Shown piece after piece: positions 27,137 through 37,228 of a stretch of DNA of 44,358 bases. Origin of the DNA: Gallionellaceae bacterium (GTDB lineage: Bacteria > Pseudomonadota > Gammaproteobacteria > Burkholderiales > Gallionellaceae). The DNA lies in contig JBBIJL010000002.1 in the NCBI GenBank assembly GCA_037446005.1, forward strand, positions 1 through 44,358, in the 5' to 3' direction. A program made the position numbers and the translations under genes. Every line of letters starts with the position of its first letter. Within the stretch, counting starts at the first letter, position 1. Below the pieces are notes generated by a model, which saw only the letters and a program-made list of their open reading frames with translations, had not been told where the DNA came from and ran no database searches.

Positions 27137-27819
27137 TTGCTCATCCTCGACAATTTGCCGCCCGCGAGATACAGCGCCAGCAGCACCACGAACGAGAACA
27201 GCACCATGCCGCCCGCCAGCACATGCGCCGCGCTGTATTCCATCGCCTCGACGTGGTTGTAGATGGCCACCGAGAGCACGCGCGTTTCGCCGTCGATGTT
27301 GCCGCCCAGCATCAGCACCACGCCGAACTCGCCGACCGTATGCGCGAAGGCCAGGATTATCGCGGTGAGAAAACCGGGGCGCGCCAGCGGTAACGCCACG
27401 CTGATAAATCTATCCCGCGCATTGGCGCGCAAAGTTGCCGCCACTTCCAGCGGACGCTTGCCGATTGCCTCGAACGCGTTCTGGAGCGGTTGCACCGCGA
27501 AGGGCATGGAGAAGAACACCGAGCCGATCACCAAACCGTAAAAGGTAAACGGCAACCGGCCCAAGCCTAGCGCCGTGGTCAGTTCGCCCACCGCCCCGTG
27601 CGGCCCCATCAATAACAGCAGATAGAAGCCCAGCACGCTCGGCGGCAGCACCAGCGGCAAGGCGACAACTGCCGCGACGGATCCTTTGTACCAACGGCGG
27701 CTATGCGCCAACCACCACGCCAGCGGCGTGGCGATGAGCAGCAGCAAACACGTGGTGACGCTCGCCAGCTTGAGCGTCAGCCAGACAGCTTGCAGATCGG
27801 CTGGGGCTAATATGGACAT
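27133..27819 (-). CDS. modB: molybdate ABC transporter permease ModB
   Basis: 228 aa with about five TM segments and an EAA-type loop (..[17 protein letters not shown]..). Confidence 0.92.
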   Translation of the reverse strand: MSILAPADLQAVWLTLKLASVTTCLLLLIATPLAWWLAHSRRWYKGSVAAVVALPLVLPPSVLGFYLLLLMGPHGAVGELTTALGLGRLPFTFYGLVIGSVFFSMPFAVQPLQNAFEAIGKRPLEVAATLRANARDRFISVALPLARPGFLTAIILAFAHTVGEFGVVLMLGGNIDGETRVLSVAIYNHVEAMEYSAAHVLAGGMVLFSFVVLLALYLAGGKLSRMSK

Positions 27820-27848
27820 TGCTTCAACTCAACAGGATTTATCGTTAC

Positions 27849-28607
27849 TCAAGGCAACTCATATCCGAAGTTGCGGATGATGGAAACGGCCTTGTCGCTT
27901 TTTAGATAGGCCATAAAAGCTTTGGCCGCCTCTTTATCTTTTGCTGCGGATAACTGCACTGCCGCCTGCTTGATGGGATTGTACAAATGCGCGGGCACGA
28001 CCCACCACGACCCCTCCGTCACCTTGCCGTCTTTGGTGATCTGCGACAGCGCGATGAAAGCCATCTCGGCATTGCCGGTCGCGGCGAACTGGTAAGTCTG
28101 GGTGATGCTCTCGCCCGTCACCAGCTTGCTTTGCACGGCACTCCACAGCCCCATGTCCTCCAGCGTCTCTTTGGCAGCGAGGCCGTAAGGAGCCAGTTTG
28201 GGATCGGCATAAGCGATCTTGTTGTATGCGCCTTTGCGCAACACATAACCCTTGTCATCCACATAGCTGGGCTGCGCACTCCACAACACCAGCTTGCCCA
28301 GCGCATAAACGAAACGCGAGCCTTCTACCGCCAGCCCTTCTTTCTCCAGCAGCTTGGGATTCTTCTCGTCGGCCGCGAGGAACACGTCGAACGGCGCACC
28401 TTCTTTGATCTGCGCAGTGAACTTGCCGCTCGAACCGAAACTCAGCTTCACCGTATGCCCGCTCTCTTTCTGAAACAACTCGACGATCTGTTTGACCGGC
28501 TCGGTGAAGTTAGCCGCCACTGCCGCGTTGACTTCACCTGCATTCGCCGATGCCATCGCAGCCAGCAGCAGTACTCCCGTCAGCAAATTTAATTTATGCG
28601 CTTTCAT
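27849..28607 (-). CDS. modA: periplasmic molybdate-binding protein ModA
   Basis: Signal peptide MKAHKLNLLTGVLLLAAMASANA, then ..AAVAANFTEP... FGSSG.. ..DVFLAAD.., the ModA pattern. Confidence 0.92.
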   Translation of the reverse strand: MKAHKLNLLTGVLLLAAMASANAGEVNAAVAANFTEPVKQIVELFQKESGHTVKLSFGSSGKFTAQIKEGAPFDVFLAADEKNPKLLEKEGLAVEGSRFVYALGKLVLWSAQPSYVDDKGYVLRKGAYNKIAYADPKLAPYGLAAKETLEDMGLWSAVQSKLVTGESITQTYQFAATGNAEMAFIALSQITKDGKVTEGSWWVVPAHLYNPIKQAAVQLSAAKDKEAAKAFMAYLKSDKAVSIIRNFGYELP

Positions 28608-28617
28608 ATTTCTCTCC

Positions 28618-29439
28618 CTATGCGTTGACGGCCAAGATAACGTGCGAAGCCTTGATGAGCGCGCAAGCCTTCACGCCTTCTTTGAGCCCCAGCGTCTTGA
28701 CGCTGTCGTTGGTCACGATGGCCGCCACGCTCTTGCCGCCCGCCAGCTCGATGACGACCTCGCCGTTGATCGCACCTTCCTGGCAACGCACTACCGTGCC
28801 ATGCAACTCATTGCGTGCACTGGTCTTGAATCCCTCGGATGTCGTCACGATCACCCACGGTGCCTTCACCATCGCATACGCCTCGCCGCCCACCTTCAAA
28901 CCCAGATGCTCTACACTTTCGTTGGTGATGACCGCTGCCAGCGTGTCGCCACTGCCAATGTCCAACACCACCTCGGCATTGATCTGCCCCAGCTTGATGC
29001 TTTTGATCTTGCCCAAGAACTGATTGCGCGCACTCGTCTTCATATCGAATCTCCTGATCAAATGGTAATACTCGTCAAAATCGTCCATCACCTCGGCCAG
29101 CTTTTTCAGCACCTGCTCGCGCTCCTGCTCCAAGCGCCGATACGCACCGGCCACGCGGCGGCCGTAAGTGGTGAGCGTCGTACCGCCGCCTTTAGCGCCA
29201 CCGGTCTTGCGCTCCACCAGCGGTTGCTCGGACAGGTTGTTGATCCCCTCCACCGCCTCCCATGCCGCCTTGTAGCTCATCCCCATCGCGCTGGCCGCCG
29301 CCGTGATGGAACCTGTCGCGTCGATGCGCTCCAGCAATTCCAGATGATCCCAGCGCCGACCTTTGGCGATCTTTAACTTGGATACAACAGCGGGTTCTGA
29401 ATTCTTGAGCGTCTTTTTCACTGCCACTGATTGAGTCAT
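28618..29439 (-). CDS. modE: molybdenum-dependent regulator ModE (HTH plus two Mop/TOBE domains)
   Basis: ..LLERIDATGSITAAASAMGMSYKAAWEAVEGINN.. HTH, then two SARNQ/SARNE-initiated Mop repeats. The stop is 10 nt before the modA ATG. Confidence 0.9.
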   Translation of the reverse strand: MTQSVAVKKTLKNSEPAVVSKLKIAKGRRWDHLELLERIDATGSITAAASAMGMSYKAAWEAVEGINNLSEQPLVERKTGGAKGGGTTLTTYGRRVAGAYRRLEQEREQVLKKLAEVMDDFDEYYHLIRRFDMKTSARNQFLGKIKSIKLGQINAEVVLDIGSGDTLAAVITNESVEHLGLKVGGEAYAMVKAPWVIVTTSEGFKTSARNELHGTVVRCQEGAINGEVVIELAGGKSVAAIVTNDSVKTLGLKEGVKACALIKASHVILAVNA

Positions 29440-29455
29440 GTCGTCCTGCCTCCAT

Positions 29456-29482
29456 GCGTTATAACTTTGTCCTGCCTAACGC
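29456..29482. promoter_or_regulatory. candidate ModE operator
   Basis: GCGTTATAACTTTGTCCTGCCTAACGC has inverted GCGTTA/TAACGC ends and resembles, from memory, the E. coli modA operator CGTTATATTGTCGCCTACATAACG. It lies between the -12 element and the modE ATG. The 9-mer GTCCTGCCT also occurs at 29443. Confidence 0.4.
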
Positions 29483-29485
29483 TGA

Positions 29486-29500
29486 GCAAAAGCGATGCCA
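29486..29500 (-). promoter_or_regulatory. sigma54-type promoter of modEABC
   Basis: The minus strand reads TGGCAT-CGCTT-TTGC (GG-N10-GC), 47 nt upstream of the modE ATG. It is overlapped by the palindrome AGCGATG-C-CATCGCT (29491-29505). Confidence 0.6.
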
Positions 29501-29588
29501 TCGCTGCAATCGCGCTCGCTGTCCCCGCTGCTATTTGATTCCGATGCGGCAGTGCATGTGCACGGACATTCCGCAATGGCGTGCGTCT

Positions 29589-29604
29589 TGTAGCTTTCTG
29601 AACA
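29589..29604. promoter_or_regulatory. NifA UAS placed midway between divergent sigma54 promoters
   Basis: TGTAGCTTTCTGAACA lies about 98 bp from the -24 GG of the modE promoter and about 95 bp from the -24 GG of the porin promoter. Confidence 0.6.
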
Positions 29605-29689
29605 ATTTAGTTGGTTTGTTACAACCTAAAAGACATAACGCTATGCCAGCGCACCATCCAAGTCTGCATAAAGCTTGGCGTTGCCTCAT

Positions 29690-29704
29690 TGGCATGCCCC
29701 TTGC
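29690..29704 (+). promoter_or_regulatory. sigma54-type promoter of the porin gene
   Basis: TGGCAT-GCCCC-TTGC lies 64 nt upstream of ATG 29768. Confidence 0.6.
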
Positions 29705-29767
29705 TGAATGGCGGTTGCGTTATGCACCCAACGACATAACCGAATTCAATCTCATAAGGAGCCGCAA

Positions 29768-30925
29768 ATGATCCATCGCAAATTACTCAGTCACCTGATC
29801 GCCCTCTCTTTGATTGCCCCCATACCGGCCTTGGCCGACTCCGCCAACGTCAGCCTGTACGGTGTGACAAACGTTTCATACGACTCGATCAGCACCGGAA
29901 CCGGCACCACCGCGACCGGGACGACCGTCAACAAAGTGTCGAGCAACGCCTCGCGCATCGGGCTCAAGGGGACGGAAGACGTCGGCGACGGCTTTTCCGC
30001 GAACTGGCAAATCGAATCATTGATCGCGCTGGACAATGCGGGCGGCACGTTCGCCACGCGCAATACTTTTGCCGGATTGAGCCACAAGAGTTATGGCGCG
30101 CTATTGCTGGGGCGTTACGACACGCCCTACAAACTATCCACGCGCAGGCAGGACAATTTCTCCGACAGCATCGCCGATAACCGCTCGCTGTTTGGCACCG
30201 TCTCTACTGCCGCAACGGCTACCGCTTTCAGTTCTGCCTATGCCGCTTTCGACGGACGCCAAGCTGACACGATTGCCTACACCAGCCCGTTGATCGAAGG
30301 GTTTAGCGCCGCGCTGGCCTATGTAAATCTGGATGAAACGGCCACCACCGCCGCCAAGCAAAAAGCTTCCGCCTATTCGTTTGCCGGCATGTACGACTCG
30401 GGCATCATCTACGCTTCTTTCGCATATGAGGCTCACAATCTGGACACCGTCCGCATCGGCGGCAAGGAGGAGGCATGGAGAGCCGGTTTGGGATACACGA
30501 TGGACAATTACTCGGTCGGTGCGGCTTACGAAAAGACGACCGATGCGCTCGGCGGTGCCGCGACACTGGGCACGGGCGGGCCAACAGTCTGTGCCGCATT
30601 GGCCGTCGGATCGAATTGTCTGGGACACTCGGCCGCGTACCTGACCGGGAAATACACTATCGGTAGCGGAGCCGTAAAAGCGGCTTATAGCAAAGTCGGC
30701 GCTCTCGGTTATCTCGGCAACACCGGTGCCGATCAGCTGTCGCTCGGCTACGACCACCGCCTGACCAAGCGCACCACGCTGTTCACCGTGTATACCAAGC
30801 TGACGAACCAAGCCAACGCCAACTACGGGTTGGGGAGTGCGGCATTTTCCAGCGGCGCCGTGGCATCCATCGGCAAGGGCGCCGACCCGTCCGCGCTGTC
30901 TTTCGGTATGAAACACACTTTCTAA
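29768..30925 (+). CDS. outer-membrane trimeric porin (Gram-negative porin family)
   Basis: ATG 29768 with AAGGAG upstream (the ORF track starts at 29708). Signal peptide ..LIALSLIAPIPALA/DS, then NVSLYGV.., alternating beta-strand pattern, and C-terminal ..SFGMKHTF ending in Phe. Confidence 0.88.
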   Translation: MIHRKLLSHLIALSLIAPIPALADSANVSLYGVTNVSYDSISTGTGTTATGTTVNKVSSNASRIGLKGTEDVGDGFSANWQIESLIALDNAGGTFATRNTFAGLSHKSYGALLLGRYDTPYKLSTRRQDNFSDSIADNRSLFGTVSTAATATAFSSAYAAFDGRQADTIAYTSPLIEGFSAALAYVNLDETATTAAKQKASAYSFAGMYDSGIIYASFAYEAHNLDTVRIGGKEEAWRAGLGYTMDNYSVGAAYEKTTDALGGAATLGTGGPTVCAALAVGSNCLGHSAAYLTGKYTIGSGAVKAAYSKVGALGYLGNTGADQLSLGYDHRLTKRTTLFTVYTKLTNQANANYGLGSAAFSSGAVASIGKGADPSALSFGMKHTF

Positions 30926-31055
30926 CCGGTGACGCCGGTCTCTCTGCAAATGGTCGGATAGCCGGGTAAGCATCGCGCAAGGTGTACGTCCGTGAGGCGC
31001 ACATCTTGCTTACATGTGGATGCCATTTCCGCCTATTTCAGAGAGTACTTAAAAC

Positions 31056-31397
31056 ATGAGAAAACCTTCCTTACAGCAACGCTTGCACGCAAAGAAACGC
31101 AGCCAGGCGCTTCTGATTGGTGTCACTTGGTATAACGAAGAAACCTGGGCGCAGGTGAAGGCCACGGCATCCGACCCCGAGTGTTTCGAGGATTCGTTTG
31201 AGAAATGGAAGGCGATGGCGGTAGCGGCGCGCAGGGAGTTTCAGCGTTCAGGCGTGCGTGCAATCGAATGCCTGATCGACCCGCAAGAATTTTTTGAGTG
31301 GTGCGCGCTGAACAGTCAGGAAAACAACGCTACTGCAAGAGCCGAGTTCGTGTCGGAAATATTGAGTGTCGCCCAAGCCCAAATGCAAGCCGTGTAG
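31056..31397 (+). CDS. hypothetical protein (113 aa)
   Basis: ATG 31056. The composition is plausible (W/E/F-rich) and the G+C is somewhat lower than its neighbours. It converges on the end of the nifH operon with a 17-nt gap. I recognise no motif. Confidence 0.45.
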   Translation: MRKPSLQQRLHAKKRSQALLIGVTWYNEETWAQVKATASDPECFEDSFEKWKAMAVAARREFQRSGVRAIECLIDPQEFFEWCALNSQENNATARAEFVSEILSVAQAQMQAV

Positions 31398-31414
31398 GCC
31401 CATTCGGGGTTGAA

Positions 31415-31687
31415 CTATTCTTTATCCACCTCGGCGATCACCACGCCGATGGCCTGCAACGGATCGTCAGTGAGGCTCAGGCAGTGTTCGCTGCCGTTGA
31501 CCAGATAGAGGTTGAATTTTTCGCGGCGCAGGGTAGGGGGCATGCGTGCGGGCATGTCGTCGTCGTTGCAGAAGGTGAAGCGCAAATCCGGCCACGTCTG
31601 CTTCAACGAGACCAGCGTGTCATCGTTCAGCGCGCCCAGTGACGCGGCAGTGTTGGCGATATGTTCCAGTGTTTCGGGGACGATCAT
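31415..31687 (-). CDS. hypothetical protein (90 aa) coupled to nifY/nafY
   Basis: ATG 31687 lies 3 nt after the NifY-like stop. I recognise no motif. It resembles in position the small unassigned ORFs that follow nifY in other nif clusters. Confidence 0.55.
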   Translation of the reverse strand: MIVPETLEHIANTAASLGALNDDTLVSLKQTWPDLRFTFCNDDDMPARMPPTLRREKFNLYLVNGSEHCLSLTDDPLQAIGVVIAEVDKE

Positions 31688-31690
31688 CGC

Positions 31691-32401
31691 CTAGTCCTCT
31701 TCCGCTTCCGAGAAGCGGCTCAACGATTTTGCTTCCACGCCGAGTATCTTGGCCAGCCAGGGCGGCGGTGCGTCGAGCACGGCTTGCAGGCGTTGCAGGG
31801 CGATGCTGGCCTTGCCGCCTTCCGGCGCTTTCACCGGATGCACGTTGGCGCGCACGGCTTTGGCTGCTGCCGGGCCGCCGATGGATTGCACGTAAACAAT
31901 CTGGCAATCGTTGATGAGATTGGCGCGTGCGACGTTTTTATCTTCGGCCACATCGGTGATGGCCGTCGAGCGCACGTCGATCAGGCGGATCTCGTTGCGC
32001 CCGACCTGATAGACCAGAAAGCGCGGGCAGGAACCGAAGTGCCCGTCGAGATTTTCTTCGCTGTTCGAGGCCACGGCCACGCGCAGGCTGCCGGGCATGT
32101 CGCCCTCTTTGTAGGCCACGGTCGGCGGCAGATTTTCATCTTCACCGGAGGCTCCCCACAAGAGGCGCACGGCCAGCTTGATGGATGCGCCGTCCACATC
32201 CGGCTCGACCGTTTCTTCGCCGGAGAGGATGAGCTTGATGTCGGCCACGGTCACCTTGGCGAGCTTTTCTTCGGTGATCGGCAAGCCGATCTGGTCGCCC
32301 AATTTGGTCGCGAAAGCCCCCGCGTTCACATCGGCAAGCGCGCGTGCGGCCTGTGCGATGCGCAGGGCGGCTGTTTTGGTGATGACGGTGGTGGAAGTCA
32401 T
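31691..32401 (-). CDS. NifY/NafY-type FeMo-cofactor-binding protein
   Basis: The C-terminal half ..LDGHFGSCPRFLVYQV......LIDVR... is the NifX/NifB-C dinitrogenase cofactor-binding fold, and the N-terminal ~90 aa resemble the NafY N-domain. Position after nifT-fdx fits. Confidence 0.8.
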   Translation of the reverse strand: MTSTTVITKTAALRIAQAARALADVNAGAFATKLGDQIGLPITEEKLAKVTVADIKLILSGEETVEPDVDGASIKLAVRLLWGASGEDENLPPTVAYKEGDMPGSLRVAVASNSEENLDGHFGSCPRFLVYQVGRNEIRLIDVRSTAITDVAEDKNVARANLINDCQIVYVQSIGGPAAAKAVRANVHPVKAPEGGKASIALQRLQAVLDAPPPWLAKILGVEAKSLSRFSEAEED

Positions 32402-32464
32402 ACGAGGCCTCTTGTTTGTTCGACACGCTTAAACCATTCGTTCTGAGCATGCCGAAGTATTTGG

Positions 32465-32497
32465 CCGTTCATCCTTCGACAAGCTCGGGACGAACGG
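32465..32497. repeat. REP-like element fragment
   Basis: CCGTTCATCCTTCGACAAGCTCGGGACGAACGG has CCGTTC/GAACGG arms. The core TTCGACAAGCTC.GGACGAACGG resembles a widespread proteobacterial REP sequence I recall. Confidence 0.35.
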
Positions 32498-32503
32498 AGT
32501 TTG

Positions 32504-32704
32504 TTACGCCGCGATCTGGGTAATGCAGCCCTTGATCGGGCACACCTTCACGCATTGCGGCTTGTTGTATTCACCTTCGCACTCGGTACATTCGTTTGCG
32601 TTGATGACGTACAGACCTTTCTTGGTGCTGATGGAAGCCGTTGGGCATTCCGGTTCGCAGTCACCGCAGGAAGTGCACATGTCGGGATTGATTTTCATTG
32701 CCAT
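32504..32704 (-). CDS. small 2x[4Fe-4S]-type ferredoxin
   Basis: 66 aa. [12 protein letters not shown] and CTECEG....PQCVKVCP motifs. Confidence 0.88.
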   Translation of the reverse strand: MAMKINPDMCTSCGDCEPECPTASISTKKGLYVINANECTECEGEYNKPQCVKVCPIKGCITQIAA

Positions 32705-32722
32705 GATGATTTCTCCTGTCGA

Positions 32723-32947
32723 TTATTCCGCCGCATCGAGACGCTTGGCACGCACCGAATAAGGTAGCCGTGCCGGAGCGGCCTGCGGTTCGATGTAATA
32801 CGTTCCGCCGTTGTTGAGCTTGATCTCTCCGCCCCACTTCTCCGGGGTGTCGAACTCCATCGAAACGATGGTGTCCTCGAGATCGCGTTTGGGCAGATAG
32901 AACTGATAACTACCCTTTGCGTCGCGACGGATCATGATGTTTGCCAT
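32723..32947 (-). CDS. nifT: NifT/FixU
   Basis: ATG 32947 (the ORF track starts at TTG 32953). MANIMIRRDAKGSYQFYLPKRDLEDTIVSMEFD.PEKWGGE matches the NifT pattern. Confidence 0.88.
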   Translation of the reverse strand: MANIMIRRDAKGSYQFYLPKRDLEDTIVSMEFDTPEKWGGEIKLNNGGTYYIEPQAAPARLPYSVRAKRLDAAE

Positions 32948-32982
32948 TTGCAATTCCTTTGGAATTGCAGGATCTAGCTATT

Positions 32983-33044
32983 AGGACTGAGGATTGAGTG
33001 GAGCAGCGGCTCCCCTCAATCCTAGTTCCTAAATCCTAGTTCCT
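32983..33044. repeat. nifK-nifT intercistronic hairpin plus tandem 13-mer
   Basis: 22-nt arms (32983-33004 and 33009-33030) pair at 18 of 22 positions around a 4-nt loop. AATCCTAGTTCCT is repeated at 33018-33030 and 33032-33044. Confidence 0.6.
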
Positions 33045-33047
33045 GCC

Positions 33048-34616
33048 TTAACGCACCAGATCGTGGTTGTAGTCGGTCGTTCCCATGCCGCGGGTTTCTT
33101 CGTCCAGACGTTCCATCACCGCGTTCACGATGGTGGTGAGCATCTGCATGGCGCCCTCGTAACCCAGGGTAGTCGAGCGGTGCAGGTGGTGACGGTCGAA
33201 GATCGGGAAGCCGATACGGATCAGCGGAACCTCAAACTCTTTACCCTTGTGCAAGGTATCGCGCTGGATGAACTTGGCGTAGGAGTTGCCGATCATGAAA
33301 TCCGGCTTCTCGGTCAGCACCAGCGAACGGAAGTGCCACAGGTCGGCGCCCGCGAACAACTGGGTGTTCTTGCCGTAAGGGGTTTCGGCCAGCATCTTTT
33401 CCATAGCCTTCGTCCACTTCTTGCTGCCGTTGTTGCACAGCACGTGCAGCGGCTCGATGCCCAGTTCGGTGAGGAACTTGGTCATGCCGAAGGTGAAATC
33501 AGGATCGCCGTACAGGCTGATCTTCTTGCCGTGCAGCCAAGTGTGGCTGTCCATCATCATGTCGACCAGACGGCCACGCTCTGTTGCCAGAGATGCGGGG
33601 ATAGCCTTGCCGGTTGCTTCCGCGACTTTCATCAGGAACTCGTCAGTCCACTCCAGACCCATCGGAATGCTGATCTTCGGCACTTCGTGTTTCCATGTGG
33701 TCTCAACAAATTTCTTGGTCTTGTCGAGCTGCATCGGCTGCAACAGGAAAGTGGTCTTGGCGTTCGGCGCATCCTTCACTTGCTCTTGCGTCGTGCCGCC
33801 CGCGTACATGCGGAACTCGCCGTCAGCCGGGGTATCCAGCACTTCGGTCGGGTCGCTCAGCAGGGTGTAGTCCACGCCCATTTCCTTCATCATGCGGTGC
33901 ATGACGCGGTAGTTGCCGAGGTAAGTCTCGAAGCCGGGAACGATGTTGATCTTGCCGTTCTTGCCGGGCTCTTTGCCTTCCATCGTGTTCAGCGTGAAGT
34001 AACGGATGATGCCTTCGAACATGTTGTCCCAGCCGGTCACGTGCGAACCGACGAAAGACGGTGTATGCGCGTAAGGCACGGGGAACTCTTCCGGCACATG
34101 ACCCGCGTTCTTGCTGTTGCGGATGAAGGCGTTCAGGTCGTCACCGATCACCTCGGCCATGCAGGTGGTGGAAACCGCGATCATGTCGGGCTTGTACATC
34201 GCCTTGGCGTTTTCCAGACCGTCCTTCATGTTTTGCTGGCCGCCGAACACGGCCGCGTCTTCGGTCATGGAGTCGGATACGCAAGACACGGGCTCGCGGA
34301 AATGACGGTTGAAGTAAGTGCGGAAATAGGCCACGCAACCTTGCGAACCGTGCACATACGGCAGGGTCTTTTCAAAGCCCAGCGCGCACAATACGGCGCC
34401 CAGCGGTTGGCAGGCTTTGGCCGGGTTAACGGTCAGCGCTTCGCGCTTGAAGTTCAGTTCGCGGTATTCCATCGTGGTGGTCCACTTGAAAGTTTCCTGA
34501 ACTTTGTCGGCGTCGTGGCCTTCTTCAAACAGCTTCTTCTTGTTGCCCAGCGAATCCTTGTACTCGTCCTGACGGAACAGGGGATAACAAGGTTTGATGT
34601 CATCAACTTTTTGCAT
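33048..34616 (-). CDS. nifK: nitrogenase MoFe protein beta chain NifK
   Basis: 522 aa. ..ALTVNPAKACQPLGAVLCALGFEKTLPYVHGSQGCVAYFR.. is diagnostic. Confidence 0.98.
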   Translation of the reverse strand: MQKVDDIKPCYPLFRQDEYKDSLGNKKKLFEEGHDADKVQETFKWTTTMEYRELNFKREALTVNPAKACQPLGAVLCALGFEKTLPYVHGSQGCVAYFRTYFNRHFREPVSCVSDSMTEDAAVFGGQQNMKDGLENAKAMYKPDMIAVSTTCMAEVIGDDLNAFIRNSKNAGHVPEEFPVPYAHTPSFVGSHVTGWDNMFEGIIRYFTLNTMEGKEPGKNGKINIVPGFETYLGNYRVMHRMMKEMGVDYTLLSDPTEVLDTPADGEFRMYAGGTTQEQVKDAPNAKTTFLLQPMQLDKTKKFVETTWKHEVPKISIPMGLEWTDEFLMKVAEATGKAIPASLATERGRLVDMMMDSHTWLHGKKISLYGDPDFTFGMTKFLTELGIEPLHVLCNNGSKKWTKAMEKMLAETPYGKNTQLFAGADLWHFRSLVLTEKPDFMIGNSYAKFIQRDTLHKGKEFEVPLIRIGFPIFDRHHLHRSTTLGYEGAMQMLTTIVNAVMERLDEETRGMGTTDYNHDLVR

Positions 34617-34707
34617 TTCTATCTCCTTAGCCGCACTGCCAATTTGCAGATGCCGGCACAGATTGAGTATTGGACGGCGGCGCGCGCCGTCCCCAAATTA
34701 CTTGTGC

Positions 34708-36153
34708 TTACTTCTTCAACCACGGTGCTGTCAGCTTGTTCCAGCACGGGTTGTTGAGGGTCATGTCCATATCGCGGGCGAAGATGGCGAAGCCGTCATA
34801 GCTGTGATACGGGCCGGAGTAGTCCCACGAGTGCATCTGGCGGAAAGGGATACCCATCTTTTGGAAGATGAACTTTTCCTTGATGCCGGAACCGACCAGA
34901 TCGGGCTTGACCTTCTTCACGAACTCTTCGAATTCGAGGCCGGTCACGTCGTCGTACAGCAAAGTGGCGTTGCCCATTTCCTTGATGGTGCGGTCGTAGT
35001 CGTCGTTGTGACCGAACTCGTAACCGGTACCGACCACTTCCATGCCGAGGTCTTCATAAGCGCCGATCACGTGACGCGGACGCAGACCACCGACGTACAG
35101 CATGACGCGCTTGCCTTGCAGACGCGGCTTGTACTTGGCGATGATGGCTTCCATCTGCGGCTTGTACTTGGCGATCACTTTCTCGGCGTTGGCCTTGATC
35201 TTGTCGTCGAAGAAGCTGGCGATTTCGCGGATGGAGGCTTCGATCTTGGTCGGGCCGAAGAAGTTGTATTCCATGTAAGGGATACCGTACTTCTCTTCCA
35301 TGTGGCGGCTGATGTAGTTCATCGAACGGTAGCAGTGCAGCAGGTTCAGCTTGGCCTTGGGGGTGTTTTCCATTTCGGCCAAGGTGCCGTCGCCGGACCA
35401 TTGCGCGATTACGCGCAAGCCCATGTCTTCGAGGATGGTGCGGGTGGCCCATGCGTCGCCGCCGATGTTGTAGTCGCCGATGATGGTCACATCGTAGGGA
35501 GTGGACTCGAAAGCCTTCTCGTCGCGGTTGCCCAGCACCCAGTCACGGATCGCGTCGTTGGCGATGTGGTGACCCAGCGATTGCGACACGCCGCGGAAAC
35601 CTTCGCAGCGCACGGGGATCACCGGCTTGTTGATTTCTTTGGCAGTCTTCTTCGACACCGCTTCGATGTCGTCACCAATCAGACCGATCGGGCACTCGGA
35701 CTGCACGGAGATACCTTTGTGCAGCGGGAACAGTTGTTCGACTTCGCCGATCAGTTTGGCGAGCTTCTTGTCGCCGCCGAACACGATGTCTTTTTCCTGG
35801 AAGTCGGAAGTGAAGTTCATGGTGCCGAAGGCGTTCACGCCGGTGGTGCCGACGTAGTAGTTACGGCGACCGGCGCGGGAGTACTGACCGCAGCCGACCG
35901 GGCCGTGGGAAATATGGATCATGTCCTTGATCGGGCCCCACACCACACCCTTGGAACCGGCGTAAGCGCAGCCGCGGATCGTCATCACACCCGGCAAAGA
36001 TTTGCGGTTGGAAGTGATGCACTTCTTGGACTGTTCGATGGATTGATCGTTGACCGCCAAGTGTTTGGCGCGGTCTTTCTTGGCTTTCTCGGGATAAACC
36101 TCGAGCACCTCTTGAATGAGAGCCTGGGTTTCTTCGCGTGTTAATGCTGTCAT
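34708..36153 (-). CDS. nifD: nitrogenase MoFe protein alpha chain NifD
   Basis: 481 aa. ..[35 protein letters not shown].. and ..HCYRSMNY.. (FeMo-co Cys region). Confidence 0.98.
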   Translation of the reverse strand: MTALTREETQALIQEVLEVYPEKAKKDRAKHLAVNDQSIEQSKKCITSNRKSLPGVMTIRGCAYAGSKGVVWGPIKDMIHISHGPVGCGQYSRAGRRNYYVGTTGVNAFGTMNFTSDFQEKDIVFGGDKKLAKLIGEVEQLFPLHKGISVQSECPIGLIGDDIEAVSKKTAKEINKPVIPVRCEGFRGVSQSLGHHIANDAIRDWVLGNRDEKAFESTPYDVTIIGDYNIGGDAWATRTILEDMGLRVIAQWSGDGTLAEMENTPKAKLNLLHCYRSMNYISRHMEEKYGIPYMEYNFFGPTKIEASIREIASFFDDKIKANAEKVIAKYKPQMEAIIAKYKPRLQGKRVMLYVGGLRPRHVIGAYEDLGMEVVGTGYEFGHNDDYDRTIKEMGNATLLYDDVTGLEFEEFVKKVKPDLVGSGIKEKFIFQKMGIPFRQMHSWDYSGPYHSYDGFAIFARDMDMTLNNPCWNKLTAPWLKK

Positions 36154-36245
36154 TTCATTCTCCTTTGATGACCCACCAATCTGTGGAGTCCGTCAGGGTT
36201 GGGGAGTTCGAGCGAACCGGACAACCCGGCCCGCTCTTGCGACAC

Positions 36246-37154
<909 letters not shown>

Positions 37155-37184
37155 TTAAAAACTGTTGCTCGCACCCTATCCATC

Positions 37185-37199
37185 GCAAGCTCCGTGCCA
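37185..37199 (-). promoter_or_regulatory. sigma54 promoter of nifHDK
   Basis: The minus strand reads TGGCAC-GGAGC-TTGC, an exact consensus match 67 nt upstream of the nifH ATG. Confidence 0.9.
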
Positions 37200-37228
37200 C
37201 CCCGCCAAAAAACCTCCAAGCCACTGAA

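Noticed and set aside
33063-36144. Very long plus-strand ORFs (564 aa and 516 aa) antisense to nifK and nifD
   Set aside because: They lie exactly opposite unmistakable nif genes. Their translations are Arg/Gly/His/Val-rich low-complexity sequence with no motifs. These are typical shadow ORFs of high-GC DNA.
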